Below are positions 36,473-46,597 of a stretch of 57,064 nucleotides of DNA, piece by piece. This stretch comes from Candidatus Lloydbacteria bacterium RIFCSPHIGHO2_02_FULL_50_18 (GTDB lineage: Bacteria > Patescibacteriota > Minisyncoccia > Phycocordibacterales > UBA6899): assembly GCA_001821395.1 (NCBI GenBank), contig MHLM01000010.1:1-57064 (forward strand), given 5' to 3'. How positions within the stretch are numbered: position 1 is the stretch's first letter; each line of letters starts with the position of its first letter. The notes beneath the pieces are model-generated. The model saw nothing but the letters and a program-made list of their open reading frames with translations, had not been told where the DNA came from and ran no database searches. The translations under genes and the position numbers were made by a program.

Positions 36473-38767
36473 CTAGAACCTATTGCTGAGATATTCCCAG
36501 AACGGCTGCGCGATGCCCTTATAGCCCTTTGCGATCAAAACGGTCTTCCTGCGACAATTCTTTGCAACCTGCTCAGGTATCGAACCAACGCCGATCGCTC
36601 GCGTGATACGACCACGGGCAGCGGGAAGAAGCACTACGTCATACCCGGATGCCACTCGTAGTATGCCTGACGAGAGATAGTCCGAATACACCAGCATTGA
36701 CTCGACTTGCCCTGGAGCTTTGATCTTGAGCTCACGCACACGTATTTCGAGTATTTTCTTGAAACGCTCATCCTCTTTCCCTAATACATCAGTCGGCACC
36801 ACCATCACGACCATGACTGTTGAATCAAATGAGTGGCAGAGCGCGGTCGCCACCTTACCGGTGAAACGAAGATTTGGATTCGCATCGATCGCAACGGGAA
36901 TGATCACTTTTTTCTTGTGATCCTCAAGACCAAGCTTGACGGTGAGCAAGTCGCACTTCGCGCGATGCAGCACGACGTCGATCTTGCGACCAAAGATGAA
37001 CCCTTTTGTGTTTACGTCGCCGTCCCAATTCAAGAGCACAAGATCGGCATTCTCAGATTGAATGGTATCGAGAATAGCCTCCGGCACAGAGCGGGACGCA
37101 ACGATTCGCGTATCGATATTCATCTTCATGCTTGCCATATCCTCTTCGATTTCCTCAAGGACACGCTTGTCGCGCGATGAATGAAAAGCATCGGCAATAA
37201 CGTCATTGGCCTTCATTTCGTGGATGCGGAGCGCGATAAGGTCACCCCCTTCTTCTTTGGTCATGGCGGACGCGATCTGTGCAAAACTATGCCAATTCTT
37301 CTCACTGCCCACGGGAAGTACCACGCGATACTCGCTCTTCGGATGAAAACGGGTTGAATGTTCGTAGACCACCTCACGCGCATGATCCTCACGCTCCACA
37401 CGCTTCGCGTAACCATAATAATTGACCAGTCCGATAAGTACCCAGATCAATAGGAAATATATGGCGAGCGGACTGACGTGGAACAGGGCAATAGCAAGCA
37501 GAACATATAAAAACACGGCGACGAGCGGAAGATACGGTTCAAACGGAACAATGTATTGCCATTTTGCTTCGGGTTTTTGTCGGCGCAATTGTATGTATGC
37601 GATGTTGAGCTGCATGAACAATACGATAAAAAGAATATCGGCAGCGCTCGCAATATCTTTCAGCGGCAAAAAGGTGGCAACCGCAGCAATGAATGCGAGC
37701 GACAAGAGGAGTGCGCGCGTCGGGATAAAATAAATAGGATGCATTTTTCCGAGTGACGGGAACACTAGCCGATCTCGACCAAGCGAGAAAAGTACCCGTG
37801 ATGAAGAATATATTGTCGCATTGAGCGCGGCGAGATTTGCCAGGAGTCCCGCGATAAGCATGATCAAATACCCGAACGGCATGATCCCCTCTGCACTTAC
37901 AATAATGGCGCGTTCAGATGCTTGCCCCAAAAACTGAGCCGATGAGATGCCGCCCCCGTCGGTTGCACCAATAAGGATGACGGCAATAAACACGTAGATG
38001 ATCGAAACGACCGCCCAGGACGCAAAGAGTCCCACCTTGAGCACTTTGGCCGGATTCTCCACTTCTTCTCCTGCTTGCGCCTGAACCTCAGAGCCCTCAA
38101 ACGCAATATAAAAAAGTGCCGCCGCCTGGATCACCCCCGCGAGACCCATGGGGAGCAGCGGTGAAAAATTGATACGTAGCAGTTCCGGATTGAGCGCCAT
38201 GTGTTTCAGTCCATAAGTGACATAGAACGCAAGGATGCCAACAATGATCATCGCGATTCCGCCGCCTATCTTTCCCGATAATTTTACGCCGCGATAATTG
38301 ATGAACCCAAAGAGCAGCAGGATGGAGAGCGTAAATGTTATTTCCCAACCCACCTCCGACAAAGATCCGTGAGGAAGATGCAGGTAATCAAATATGAGTT
38401 CTTGCATGAAGAACCCGAAGGAAACCGAATAGAGCGCGCATGCGACCGCTGATGCCATCCACGAGCACCACCCAGAGAGAAAGCCGGAGAGATCACCGAG
38501 ACCTTCTTTCACCCAGTGGTATCCTCCGCCTGCCTGCGGAAATGTGGTCGCAAGCGCAACATAAGCGTTCAAATTAATGAATGCGATCCCGGACCCAAGC
38601 AGCATTGAGAAAACGAGTCCTCCTCCGGCAAGGCCAGCCGCCGTTCCTAGTAAGGTAAAAATTCCACCGCCCAAGAGTGCGCCGATACCAAGCAGTGTAA
38701 CTTCGGGAATACCGAGCGTACGAGCGAGCTGAATTTCCGGCGTTTTTTGCTGACGTTGATTTTGCAT
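36473..38767 (-). CDS. APC-family amino-acid permease fused to C-terminal tandem UspA (universal stress protein) domains
   Basis: Twelve TM helices with APC signatures (GIGALLGGGIF...) and a ~300-aa C-terminal Usp-like region. Confidence 0.75.
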   Translation of the reverse strand: MQNQRQQKTPEIQLARTLGIPEVTLLGIGALLGGGIFTLLGTAAGLAGGGLVFSMLLGSGIAFINLNAYVALATTFPQAGGGYHWVKEGLGDLSGFLSGWCSWMASAVACALYSVSFGFFMQELIFDYLHLPHGSLSEVGWEITFTLSILLLFGFINYRGVKLSGKIGGGIAMIIVGILAFYVTYGLKHMALNPELLRINFSPLLPMGLAGVIQAAALFYIAFEGSEVQAQAGEEVENPAKVLKVGLFASWAVVSIIYVFIAVILIGATDGGGISSAQFLGQASERAIIVSAEGIMPFGYLIMLIAGLLANLAALNATIYSSSRVLFSLGRDRLVFPSLGKMHPIYFIPTRALLLSLAFIAAVATFLPLKDIASAADILFIVLFMQLNIAYIQLRRQKPEAKWQYIVPFEPYLPLVAVFLYVLLAIALFHVSPLAIYFLLIWVLIGLVNYYGYAKRVEREDHAREVVYEHSTRFHPKSEYRVVLPVGSEKNWHSFAQIASAMTKEEGGDLIALRIHEMKANDVIADAFHSSRDKRVLEEIEEDMASMKMNIDTRIVASRSVPEAILDTIQSENADLVLLNWDGDVNTKGFIFGRKIDVVLHRAKCDLLTVKLGLEDHKKKVIIPVAIDANPNLRFTGKVATALCHSFDSTVMVVMVVPTDVLGKEDERFKKILEIRVRELKIKAPGQVESMLVYSDYLSSGILRVASGYDVVLLPAARGRITRAIGVGSIPEQVAKNCRRKTVLIAKGYKGIAQPFWEYLSNRF

Positions 38768-38899
38768 ATCATCTCGTTTCGATACTCGATGAATGTTTGG
38801 ACCCGAGAAAGAGCACGGATAAAAACGAGTTTATTGTACAATGCTTCACCGCTCTCTGCCACCAGTTGAACACAGAATTGAAAGTGGACGGAAAAACTC

Positions 38900-39127
38900 C
38901 TATGCCGTACGCACGCGAATCGTTTTTGTCGGCAGATTGTGTCCGCGAACAATACTGACGTCACACACGGGAACTGAAAGAAATTCTGCGACAAGCCCTC
39001 GAGCGCGCTCATTCGCTCTCCCCTCCACTCTCTTAGCATTCACCGATACGAGTAACCGTCCGTCGCGTGCACGCTCAACGCTCTCTCTTTTTTGCTCCGC
39101 CAGCACCTTGATACGATATTCCTTCAT
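38900..39127 (-). CDS. DUF167 (YggU) family small protein
   Basis: LLVSVNAKRVEGRANERARGLVAEFLSVPVCDVSIVRGHNLPTKTIRV matches the DUF167 pattern. Its ATG overlaps the DJ-1 stop by 1 nt. The overlapping 38647..39039 ORF is judged spurious. Confidence 0.55.
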   Translation of the reverse strand: MKEYRIKVLAEQKRESVERARDGRLLVSVNAKRVEGRANERARGLVAEFLSVPVCDVSIVRGHNLPTKTIRVRTA

Positions 39128-39657
39128 TATAGAGATTGTTCAGAAAGCGCGGTGACAATCACCTCACCCCAGTCCGCTGCGGCCATCGGTCCGTTCGCGG
39201 TGATAACGCGTCCGTCACGCGTAACAGATTGCGCGGTATGAATACATCCCCCATTTTCACAGATCGCCTCAAGCTTGCCGTCATTATCCCAGCCGGTAAT
39301 GCGCACACCCCGAAGCAATCCTGCTTTCGCTAGGATGCGCGGAGCAACACAGATCGCCCCGTAGAGCATCGTCTCGCTCTCTTTCGCCTCTCTTATGATA
39401 CGTACCGTCTCTTCATTATCGAGATGAGTGAGACATCCCGGTCCGCCAATAACGAATACGCCATCAAAATCCGTAGCGTGCACATCAGCGAGCGCGACAT
39501 CCGTGATCACCCCCTCATCGGCCGTCGAACGTGCGATGCCACCGTCTCGCGATGCCGTCATGACCATATGCCCCGCATGAGCAAGCACATGCCTCGTGTC
39601 ACCATATTCTTTGGTTTGAAAGCCCGATTGAGCAAGGAGCAGAAGTATTTTTGCCAT
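39127..39657 (-). CDS. DJ-1/PfpI-family protein
   Basis: FVIGGPG...AICVAP nucleophile-elbow region; 176 aa. Confidence 0.8.
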   Translation of the reverse strand: MAKILLLLAQSGFQTKEYGDTRHVLAHAGHMVMTASRDGGIARSTADEGVITDVALADVHATDFDGVFVIGGPGCLTHLDNEETVRIIREAKESETMLYGAICVAPRILAKAGLLRGVRITGWDNDGKLEAICENGGCIHTAQSVTRDGRVITANGPMAAADWGEVIVTALSEQSL

Positions 39658-39719
39658 AATGTCATTATACTAACTAATAGACACAGGCTATCGCGAAAGC
39701 CATGCATCAAATAAGTGGG

Positions 39720-40142
39720 TTAGTCTACCTTTGGAGACTCCAGGAGCCACGACAGTGCTTCGTCTTTCATGCGAAACTGTTTGATATTCGTGCGACCGGA
39801 GAGTGAAACAGCGGCGTCGACCATCATACGCGTCATAGGCTTTGCACCAACGATCGCCGTCTTCAGCGTATATTTTTTGTCGTGATCAAAAAGGGACCGA
39901 AGCGCCATGACCGGCTTTGTTTCAAAACAGATGACACCGGTCGCATCGGCACAAATGAGCATCGGGGACTTCCCCTTTGTCGCCTGCATATCGATCATAG
40001 CCTTAACGCGCTCGCACCAGGCAATAAACTCATCAATATGCTCATTCGTTAACCTACCCCCGACAACGAGATAGATAACGCCGTCTATCCCGAGCTCTAC
40101 CTCGAGCTGTCTTTTCGTCATATCGGATCCTTCGTTCAGCAT
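39720..40142 (-). CDS. Hypothetical protein (possibly STAS/SpoIIAA-like)
   Basis: 140-aa ORF with an ATG start. No confident family assignment. Confidence 0.4.
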   Translation of the reverse strand: MLNEGSDMTKRQLEVELGIDGVIYLVVGGRLTNEHIDEFIAWCERVKAMIDMQATKGKSPMLICADATGVICFETKPVMALRSLFDHDKKYTLKTAIVGAKPMTRMMVDAAVSLSGRTNIKQFRMKDEALSWLLESPKVD

Positions 40143-40211
40143 GGCTACATTTTATCATAAAGATCGGAAGAGAACACGCTTTACTATCTCCATACCCAGA
40201 GCAAGATGACA

Positions 40212-40245
40212 ACAAAAAACCACCCGTGTACGGTGGTTTTTTATG
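40212..40245. terminator. Rho-independent terminator after 40257..42800
   Basis: aaaaaa ccacccgtgtacggtgg tttttt. Confidence 0.6.
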
Positions 40246-40256
40246 CTACTGATCTA

Positions 40257-42800
40257 CTAATTCTCCTCAACCTTAAATACTGCCGCAACTCCCGCCCCGG
40301 TGATGGTGAAATCATACAGTTGCGGCAACAGCGTACCTATTCTTGTATAGCTCTGCACGGCAATTGGCTGAAAATGCAGCGTGACAGTCTTCGAACCCAA
40401 AGGAGGGATGATGAATGCCGAAGCACAGTCGGATGCCGGCACGCAGCTATATGGTGCGGGTACAGTGATCGTCGAAGGACCTGCCGGAAACGTTGAGATG
40501 TTTCTGACGACCAGGGGTAAGTCTTTCGATCTGATGAGCGGTACATTTCCAAAGTTTACGGGGTCCGGCACAAAAACGATCGGCGAGACACCTTTCCCCC
40601 ATACCTGTTTTTCGTACGGAGCAAGCGGCGCATTGTCAGTAAAACGAATGAACCCGCTATCAGTGAACCCAATGACTGTCGGAAGGTATGTCACGACAAT
40701 ATCCTGCCAACCGTTGACGGGGATATTCGTATAGCTGCACGGAGCACAGGAGAAATGCGAGTCGGTGAGGATGACCGTACCCGAGAGGAGCGAGCCGGCA
40801 TCACCGGTCGGATTTGATACACGGAATGTGACGACGCCTGTATCTCCACCCAGGGGAATCTCACCGAAGTTGCCCGGAACCGGATCTACCGCCCTACTCG
40901 GAATAGAAGTACTGACCGTCACCACCGAAGTACTCAAAGGTGACCATTGACCGTATGTGTCCTTGCAGCGTGCGCTATAGGTCGCAGTACCCGGCCCGAT
41001 GAATGCACCAGCTGCGGCATTCGCGGTGAACGAGAGTCCCACCATTGCAGGCGGAATATTTCCATAGACAGCACTCGTCCGTTCGAATTCACAATCAACT
41101 GATGAACCGGTTCCCGTCATCGAGACGCTCCACACTGCTCCACTGCTCACGGTCTGGTTAGGGGTCATTGTGGGAGCGGGAGGAGGAGGTACCTGCGTGA
41201 ATGTGGCACTGATCGTATGCGGAGCGAGCACATTGGTAAAGGTATATGTTCCACTCAGCACCGCAGCGGGGTTGTTGATGGTGTCAACGAGTACTGTAGC
41301 GATAGTATGTGCTCCCGTTGGAGTAATGCTATACGTCTGACTTCCGCCACTCATAACATTGGTCACCCCAAGTGGGGTAAGTGTGCCGTTCGCGGCAGGA
41401 GCTGCGGTGATGGTAAAGGAACACGATGACGCGGTGATCGCGGTGGTTTCAAGAACTGACCAAGCGGAGGGGCCGCGTGTCTGTATCGCACGTACGAGAT
41501 AAGAATATGGCGTTGCATCGTTCAAGCCGGTATCCGTATACGCGGTGACGTTCCCAACATCCACCGGTACTTCATTGTCACGTTTGATCTCATAGCTTAT
41601 CGCCCCCGAAGACGGACTCCACGTAAGGTTTATCTCCTTCGATCCACAAGATGCATTGGCGATTGCCGTGACAACGGGAAGTCTGCTTATGGTGAAATTT
41701 TGTACCGCACTCGTTGTGACATTCCCGGCTCCGTCAGTTGCAACTGCGTAATAGGGATGCGTCGTTCCTTCAGCATACGGACCGACCACAACAACACATG
41801 CTGATGGTGTATGTTTATAATTAAAGTCTTGGTTGCACTCAAGCGTTCCGTCTACGAAGACTTTCACATTCACGATTCCCGCGAGTGCATCGCTCGCACT
41901 TCCGGTCACCGTCACCTCTTCCGACGAATACGGATCTGTGGGGGTGTGCCCCGTTGTTGGATCGATACTCGGCGGCGTTGTATCAAGCATGAACGGCCAA
42001 TTACGGGTAGCAAGACCTGATTTCAATTCTTGAGTTGGTACATAGCCTCCCGTATTATGGCTTCCATTGAGACCGAGATAAAACATCCAAACATAGACCC
42101 CGTCTGCAATAGACTGAGCAGGGATAGTTTTAACTCCGACACCCCCGCTCAAAGGAAAATCTGCGTTTATTTTCGTCGCGCCGTATGTATTATTCACGAG
42201 ATCCCATTCCACAACAAAGAGACGTGACCTGCTCAATCCCGTTGCTCCGTATGTTGGAGGAAACGCATTAAGCTGCAGACGATAACTCGGATTGATATTC
42301 GTAATGATATTCACCGGAGAGAGCTGAGTGTATTCCACCTGCCCTGCCGGAGTAGGGGTCAACCAGACCGTCCCTCTCATGTGTTTATTTCGAGGAAGAG
42401 TAGCGGGGTTTTCCATGATACTATTCGCACCGAAGTCATAATAGCCTGAACCGCCGCTAATTTGGACATTAATTACTTGTGTATCAGGATCAAAGCAGAT
42501 CGGTCCGATAATTGATCCGGTGCCGTTTACAGAAGTTACCATGACACCAGTCACCTGGTTTGATACGGCAAGCAAAGCACTACTTACCCCTACAACAGGA
42601 TTGCCGGTCGTGACATCCCTGATCATGAGCTCAAGGTTCACGCTGGTCAAACCACAGCTTGCGTCATCGCCAAGGATGTCAGAGATAGGCGAGTGCCAAC
42701 CAAGCCGCCCCACTGGTCCCGCCGCCTGAGCGGTCGCCCCGGGAAGGAGTGCGGCAAGAGCGATAAGGGTGAACGTCAAATATGCAAATTTAATTTTCAT
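40257..42800 (-). CDS. Large (847 aa) secreted protein with at least one fibronectin type III domain and Ig-like beta-sandwich repeats
   Basis: Signal peptide MKIKFAYLTFTLIALAALLPGATAQA. The FN3 signature INLTWSPSSGAISYEIKRD...YSYLVRA is present. Confidence 0.65.
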   Translation of the reverse strand: MKIKFAYLTFTLIALAALLPGATAQAAGPVGRLGWHSPISDILGDDASCGLTSVNLELMIRDVTTGNPVVGVSSALLAVSNQVTGVMVTSVNGTGSIIGPICFDPDTQVINVQISGGSGYYDFGANSIMENPATLPRNKHMRGTVWLTPTPAGQVEYTQLSPVNIITNINPSYRLQLNAFPPTYGATGLSRSRLFVVEWDLVNNTYGATKINADFPLSGGVGVKTIPAQSIADGVYVWMFYLGLNGSHNTGGYVPTQELKSGLATRNWPFMLDTTPPSIDPTTGHTPTDPYSSEEVTVTGSASDALAGIVNVKVFVDGTLECNQDFNYKHTPSACVVVVGPYAEGTTHPYYAVATDGAGNVTTSAVQNFTISRLPVVTAIANASCGSKEINLTWSPSSGAISYEIKRDNEVPVDVGNVTAYTDTGLNDATPYSYLVRAIQTRGPSAWSVLETTAITASSCSFTITAAPAANGTLTPLGVTNVMSGGSQTYSITPTGAHTIATVLVDTINNPAAVLSGTYTFTNVLAPHTISATFTQVPPPPAPTMTPNQTVSSGAVWSVSMTGTGSSVDCEFERTSAVYGNIPPAMVGLSFTANAAAGAFIGPGTATYSARCKDTYGQWSPLSTSVVTVSTSIPSRAVDPVPGNFGEIPLGGDTGVVTFRVSNPTGDAGSLLSGTVILTDSHFSCAPCSYTNIPVNGWQDIVVTYLPTVIGFTDSGFIRFTDNAPLAPYEKQVWGKGVSPIVFVPDPVNFGNVPLIRSKDLPLVVRNISTFPAGPSTITVPAPYSCVPASDCASAFIIPPLGSKTVTLHFQPIAVQSYTRIGTLLPQLYDFTITGAGVAAVFKVEEN

Positions 42801-42814
42801 CTTCGTTGTATCGT

Positions 42815-43315
42815 TTAATTTGCGCCCATAATAAGACCGGACCGCATCTCATCTAATACATTTCCTTCCAAATTAGCCCCTGCTACTACCGACACATCGA
42901 TCGTCTGAGCAAGGAAATCGTATGATTCCGTATTGGGAAGTTTGAGTGCAATGATAGTAACCTTTGAAAATGGCTCTAACGCAGTAAGACTAAAGGCAGC
43001 ACCATCTCGGGTAACTTTTGTATCAGTATTTATCCCAACTGAATAAAGGGAGTCCTTCGTGACTCCGAGCTGGATGAATGCATTCCCTTCGCCAAGCATT
43101 AAAACGGTTCCACTCAGTTCTTGCATCTGCGCCTGCTCGCTCTCTACGCTGTTTACAAGTACGGCCTTCCTATCATCGCGTCGAACCGTGTTCAATAAAA
43201 GAACAAAAAGCGCACTGACAAACAATAGGATGCACACGGCGAGGAGGAGTCCACTTTTTGTGCAAAACAGTGAACGCAGGTACTGAGAAACTGACGAACT
43301 TTTTTCTGATTCCAT
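42815..43315 (-). CDS. Hypothetical membrane-anchored protein
   Basis: 166-aa ORF with an N-terminal TM helix. Confidence 0.45.
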   Translation of the reverse strand: MESEKSSSVSQYLRSLFCTKSGLLLAVCILLFVSALFVLLLNTVRRDDRKAVLVNSVESEQAQMQELSGTVLMLGEGNAFIQLGVTKDSLYSVGINTDTKVTRDGAAFSLTALEPFSKVTIIALKLPNTESYDFLAQTIDVSVVAGANLEGNVLDEMRSGLIMGAN

Positions 43316-43540
43316 ATGATCAAATGTATTATCCCGTCTTTCGATTAAATATCAGTATGTGAAGATATCCACGCTAAGTCCTTTAAATGAGGGGTCTTTT
43401 CAATGTACGCAAATTATTTATTAACGCACAGTAAAATTAGTAACGACAATAGTACTCTTCATATTTTACCACTGCAATCCGTGTTTATACTATGCCGCTA
43501 TGCACACAATGAATAAATTCAGGATATTACGCGATCAAAA

Positions 43541-43567
43541 AAATATCACGCATCGTGCGTGATATTT
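43541..43567. promoter_or_regulatory. Perfect 12-bp inverted repeat AAATATCACGCA tcg TGCGTGATATTT in the 424-bp region upstream of dedA and of 42815..43315
   Basis: Preceded by A7 on the plus strand, so it could act as a minus-strand terminator, or it may be an operator. Confidence 0.3.
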
Positions 43568-43739
43568 CTTGGGCCAAAAAAGGTGGCTGCTGCTCCTTCG
43601 CGTTGCATACCGGCTGCACCCGATAAGAGATCTTGAAAAAATACCCATTGCTATTATTTGAAGAATTCATACATTCCATTATCCCTCCGCTTCCGTGAGT
43701 ATAATGGTATAAATCAAAGAAATCCCTTACACTCTAAGT

Positions 43740-44327
43740 ATGGAATATCTTCAGGGGGTCATCATCGGGTTTGGCTATGCCGGTGTCGGAGGTGCGATCT
43801 TTGCCGAATCGGGACTTTTCTTCGGTGCATTCCTTCCGGGCGATTCTCTGCTCTTCACGGTAGGCCTCCTTGCGTCACAGGAACATTTCAATATTGCAAT
43901 CCTCTGGGCGATCGTCGTCACCATGGCCATCCTCGGAGATAACGTCGGATACATGTTCGGGAAAATGGTCGGAAAACGGATCTTTACCAAAGAAGACTCT
44001 TTCTTTTTTCGCAAGTCTCACGTCCTTAAGGCGCAGACCTTCTATGAAGCGCATGGCAAGAAAGCTATAGTCATGGCACGATTTGTACCGATCATCCGCA
44101 CCTTTGCACCGATTGTCGCCGGCGTCGCCCACATGGAATACCACACGTTCTTTGCGTTCAATGTGATCGGTGGAGTATTGTGGGGCACACTCCTTCTTTT
44201 TTCCGGCTACTTCGTCGGTCAATACGTACCGAATGCCGGCCACTATCTTGAGTGGATTATCATTGCCATCATCCTCCTCTCGATCCTTCCCATCGCTATC
44301 GAGTATTATCGGGTGAGAAAAAAGTAA
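43740..44327 (+). CDS. dedA: DedA-family membrane protein
   Basis: The DedA/SNARE-associated core GLFFGAFLPGDSLLFTVGLLA...ARFVPIIRTFAPIVAG is typical. Confidence 0.85.
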   Translation: MEYLQGVIIGFGYAGVGGAIFAESGLFFGAFLPGDSLLFTVGLLASQEHFNIAILWAIVVTMAILGDNVGYMFGKMVGKRIFTKEDSFFFRKSHVLKAQTFYEAHGKKAIVMARFVPIIRTFAPIVAGVAHMEYHTFFAFNVIGGVLWGTLLLFSGYFVGQYVPNAGHYLEWIIIAIILLSILPIAIEYYRVRKK

Positions 44328-44348
44328 AAGGTATGATCAAGGCCTCAT

Positions 44349-44538
44349 CCATTAATAAGTTGCCATAAAAAATGGATGATGCACAAAGGACCGTCACCAC
44401 CAATAACTATGAAGTTATTGGTGGACGAGTCCTAATGCCCCGTCCATTAATAAGTGGATAGATATGGCCGTGGCACAAGGGGCCGTAATCACGAATAACT
44501 ATCATGTTATTAGTGAACGGCCCCTAAGCTCACTCCTT
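44349..44538. repeat. Two tandem ~95-bp direct repeats, each carrying a palindrome (CACCAATAACT atga AGTTATTGGTG at 44398-44423; a degenerate copy at 44484-44501)
   Basis: The units begin ccattaataagt at 44349 and 44444. They lie between the convergent dedA and pilin genes. Confidence 0.5.
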
Positions 44539-44557
44539 CTGCCATTCACGCAAGGCG

Positions 44558-45085
44558 TTATTTTACCTTTTCGTAACACCGCTCAGGACCCACGGCTCCG
44601 AAACAGTCCGCGCTTAAGCCATCAAACGACAATGCCGCAAGTGCGACATCCTGGTCGGACTGAAGCGAAGGATGATCATCCCGCTCCAATTCCACCGCAA
44701 GAATATACCCCTGACATGGCTCGACGGTGGCACACTCCGTGACCGGCGTCCCCTCTTCGTTGGTACCGTAATAAAAATATCCCGTCGATGGTGCAACCGC
44801 GGATGGCAGTGAGGAGAGAGCCCCGCGTGTAACGAGCATTTGCAATGCGGCATCCGAGCCGATGAAACCACTCGGCGTCGTTGGAGGATAAGAGTTCGCT
44901 TCAACATAATAGAGCTCAAGTGCTTTTGAAATAGAATCCATCTCTGCGACCCTCTTTGCATCGCGCGCCTTTTGGCGAGCAGTCGAGAGACTCGCTAATA
45001 TCACCGAGCTGAGTAACCCAACAATAGCGATCACAACAAGAAGTTCGATGAGGGTGAAGCCTCTTTTATGCGCAGGGTGATGCAT
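44558..45085 (-). CDS. Type IV pilin / pseudopilin (class III signal peptide)
   Basis: The N-terminus KRGFTLIELLVVIAIVGLLSSVILASL has the prepilin cleavage/methylation motif G|FTLIE. Confidence 0.75.
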   Translation of the reverse strand: MHHPAHKRGFTLIELLVVIAIVGLLSSVILASLSTARQKARDAKRVAEMDSISKALELYYVEANSYPPTTPSGFIGSDAALQMLVTRGALSSLPSAVAPSTGYFYYGTNEEGTPVTECATVEPCQGYILAVELERDDHPSLQSDQDVALAALSFDGLSADCFGAVGPERCYEKVK

Positions 45086-45087
45086 CG

Positions 45088-45109
45088 ACCCATTGTAACA
45101 AACAATGGG
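45088..45109. promoter_or_regulatory. Perfect 8-bp inverted repeat CCCATTGT aacaa ACAATGGG, 3 nt upstream of the pilin ATG, overlapping a TGnTACAAT-like -10
   Basis: It lies between a TTGTGA -35-like hexamer and the start codon. Confidence 0.35.
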
Positions 45110-45199
45110 AGGCTCTCACAATTTTTTTGTCAGCGTTGACAACGGCAGTCCGGATGCAACTACGATATCCTTCGTCGACCTGTGCCGGATAACATACAG

Positions 45200-45232
45200 A
45201 AAAAAACCGCTCCTTTCGGAGCGGTTTTTTAG
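45200..45232. terminator. Bidirectional rho-independent terminator (after the csp gene)
   Basis: aaaaaaa ccgctcc tttc ggagcgg tttttt. Confidence 0.7.
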
Positions 45233-45241
45233 ACTGGAGTC

Positions 45242-45439
45242 TTATGCGAGCTGCACGTTGACTGCATTCTTTCCTTTTGGAGAGTCCTCTACTTCGAAGG
45301 TGACTTCCTGTCCTTCGCGAAGCGCGTCGAACTCAACACCTACGAGACCATTGCGGTGAAAGAACAGATCCTTGTCCATTCCTTCTGCAGTGATAAAACC
45401 AAAACCATTCTCCTTCTTTGTCTTTACAATACCCTTCAT
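45242..45439 (-). CDS. Cold-shock-domain protein (CspA family)
   Basis: [16 protein letters not shown]...GQEVTFEV. The preferred start is the second ATG (45439); the ORF track began 7 codons upstream. Confidence 0.8.
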   Translation of the reverse strand: MKGIVKTKKENGFGFITAEGMDKDLFFHRNGLVGVEFDALREGQEVTFEVEDSPKGKNAVNVQLA

Positions 45440-45591
45440 ACGTTTATATTTATTGACCAACTAATATACAAAATAGAGCTCTAGAAAATCGACTTATTCC
45501 AAACAAAAATTTTGTGTTTTCAGGATAGCAATTCCACGGCAAAAGTCAATAGGCATCCAACTTTCCCCAAAAAGCTATATAATAGTGGGAT

Positions 45592-46428
45592 ATGACGATC
45601 ATGACCGCGGGGCGACTTCGTACCTCTGCACTGCTCTCTTTTGTCGGACTACTCGGCCTTTACTGGTATGGGACTCCCCTCCCGGAAAGAAGTGCTGTGG
45701 TGCCGGATGTCCTTCGCGGTGCACCGCTGCAGGTCGAAGCAACCTCTACAACGCCCTTTGATGTCACCATGGGAGATCTGCGTTACACCTTCACGCCGCA
45801 TGCATCCTACACGCTTCCGGGCCTCGTTGTATCGCTTCACCACAGCGATAGTTGGATCGACATCAGCCACAAGGGTGACCCGGCACAAACAGTCGATATC
45901 TGCGTCGTATGGGGTCCAAATATCTCAACGAATGGTTACCGGATGGTGACCTATGATCACGGCGATTGGACATGCTACTACAGATGGACGACTGAATATG
46001 ATCCCCCGTTCAGCGGGAATTTCCTGTCGAACAATCACTTGATACCCACGACACCAAAGCTCGCATCATTGATCAAGAGCATACATGTTGGTGATCAGAT
46101 TCTGCTTTCTGGGACACTTGTCGACTATGCAATCGCAAGCAAGAATAGCTCAGGTGGCTCGCGAAATACCAGTCTTGTGCGCACCGATGGAGGAAATGGC
46201 GCCTGCGAGATACTCTACCTTACCGATGCAAGGATATTGCGACGACATATGCCGTGGAGAGACCCGCTATGGAACCTCTTGCTTATGATTATGATCGGTG
46301 GAAGTATCGGGAGCTTTTATCTCAGTATGCCGAAATTCCACAAGAGTCCGATACGCGACTTTCCGCATACTGAAAATCCCTTTGATGTAAAAAGTTTTAT
46401 TGACAAGAACATCGACGCGAAGGAGTAA
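45592..46428 (+). CDS. Hypothetical membrane protein (N- and C-terminal TM helices). A TATAAT lies 12 nt upstream of the ATG, so it is probably near-leaderless.
   Basis: 278-aa ORF. No family recognised. Confidence 0.45.
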   Translation: MTIMTAGRLRTSALLSFVGLLGLYWYGTPLPERSAVVPDVLRGAPLQVEATSTTPFDVTMGDLRYTFTPHASYTLPGLVVSLHHSDSWIDISHKGDPAQTVDICVVWGPNISTNGYRMVTYDHGDWTCYYRWTTEYDPPFSGNFLSNNHLIPTTPKLASLIKSIHVGDQILLSGTLVDYAIASKNSSGGSRNTSLVRTDGGNGACEILYLTDARILRRHMPWRDPLWNLLLMIMIGGSIGSFYLSMPKFHKSPIRDFPHTENPFDVKSFIDKNIDAKE

Positions 46429-46597
46429 GGACTCCTGACGGGACCAGAGTATCGTCGGCCCCCTCTTGCTCGCTCTGTCCTCATCGAGTTGTCGCTCGAT
46501 CTCTTCGATGCGCATAAGCGTACCGTCTACCACCGGAGCAGGAACTTCATGTCTTGCTCCGTCTCCCTCCGCATATTGCGAATCTATGGGCTCCCCA

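Noticed and set aside
38647-39039. The 130-aa ORF overlapping the DUF167 gene
   Set aside because: It occupies an alternative frame and is rich in Cys/Arg/Phe. The 38900..39127 frame gives a recognisable DUF167 sequence and a 1-nt overlap with the DJ-1 stop.
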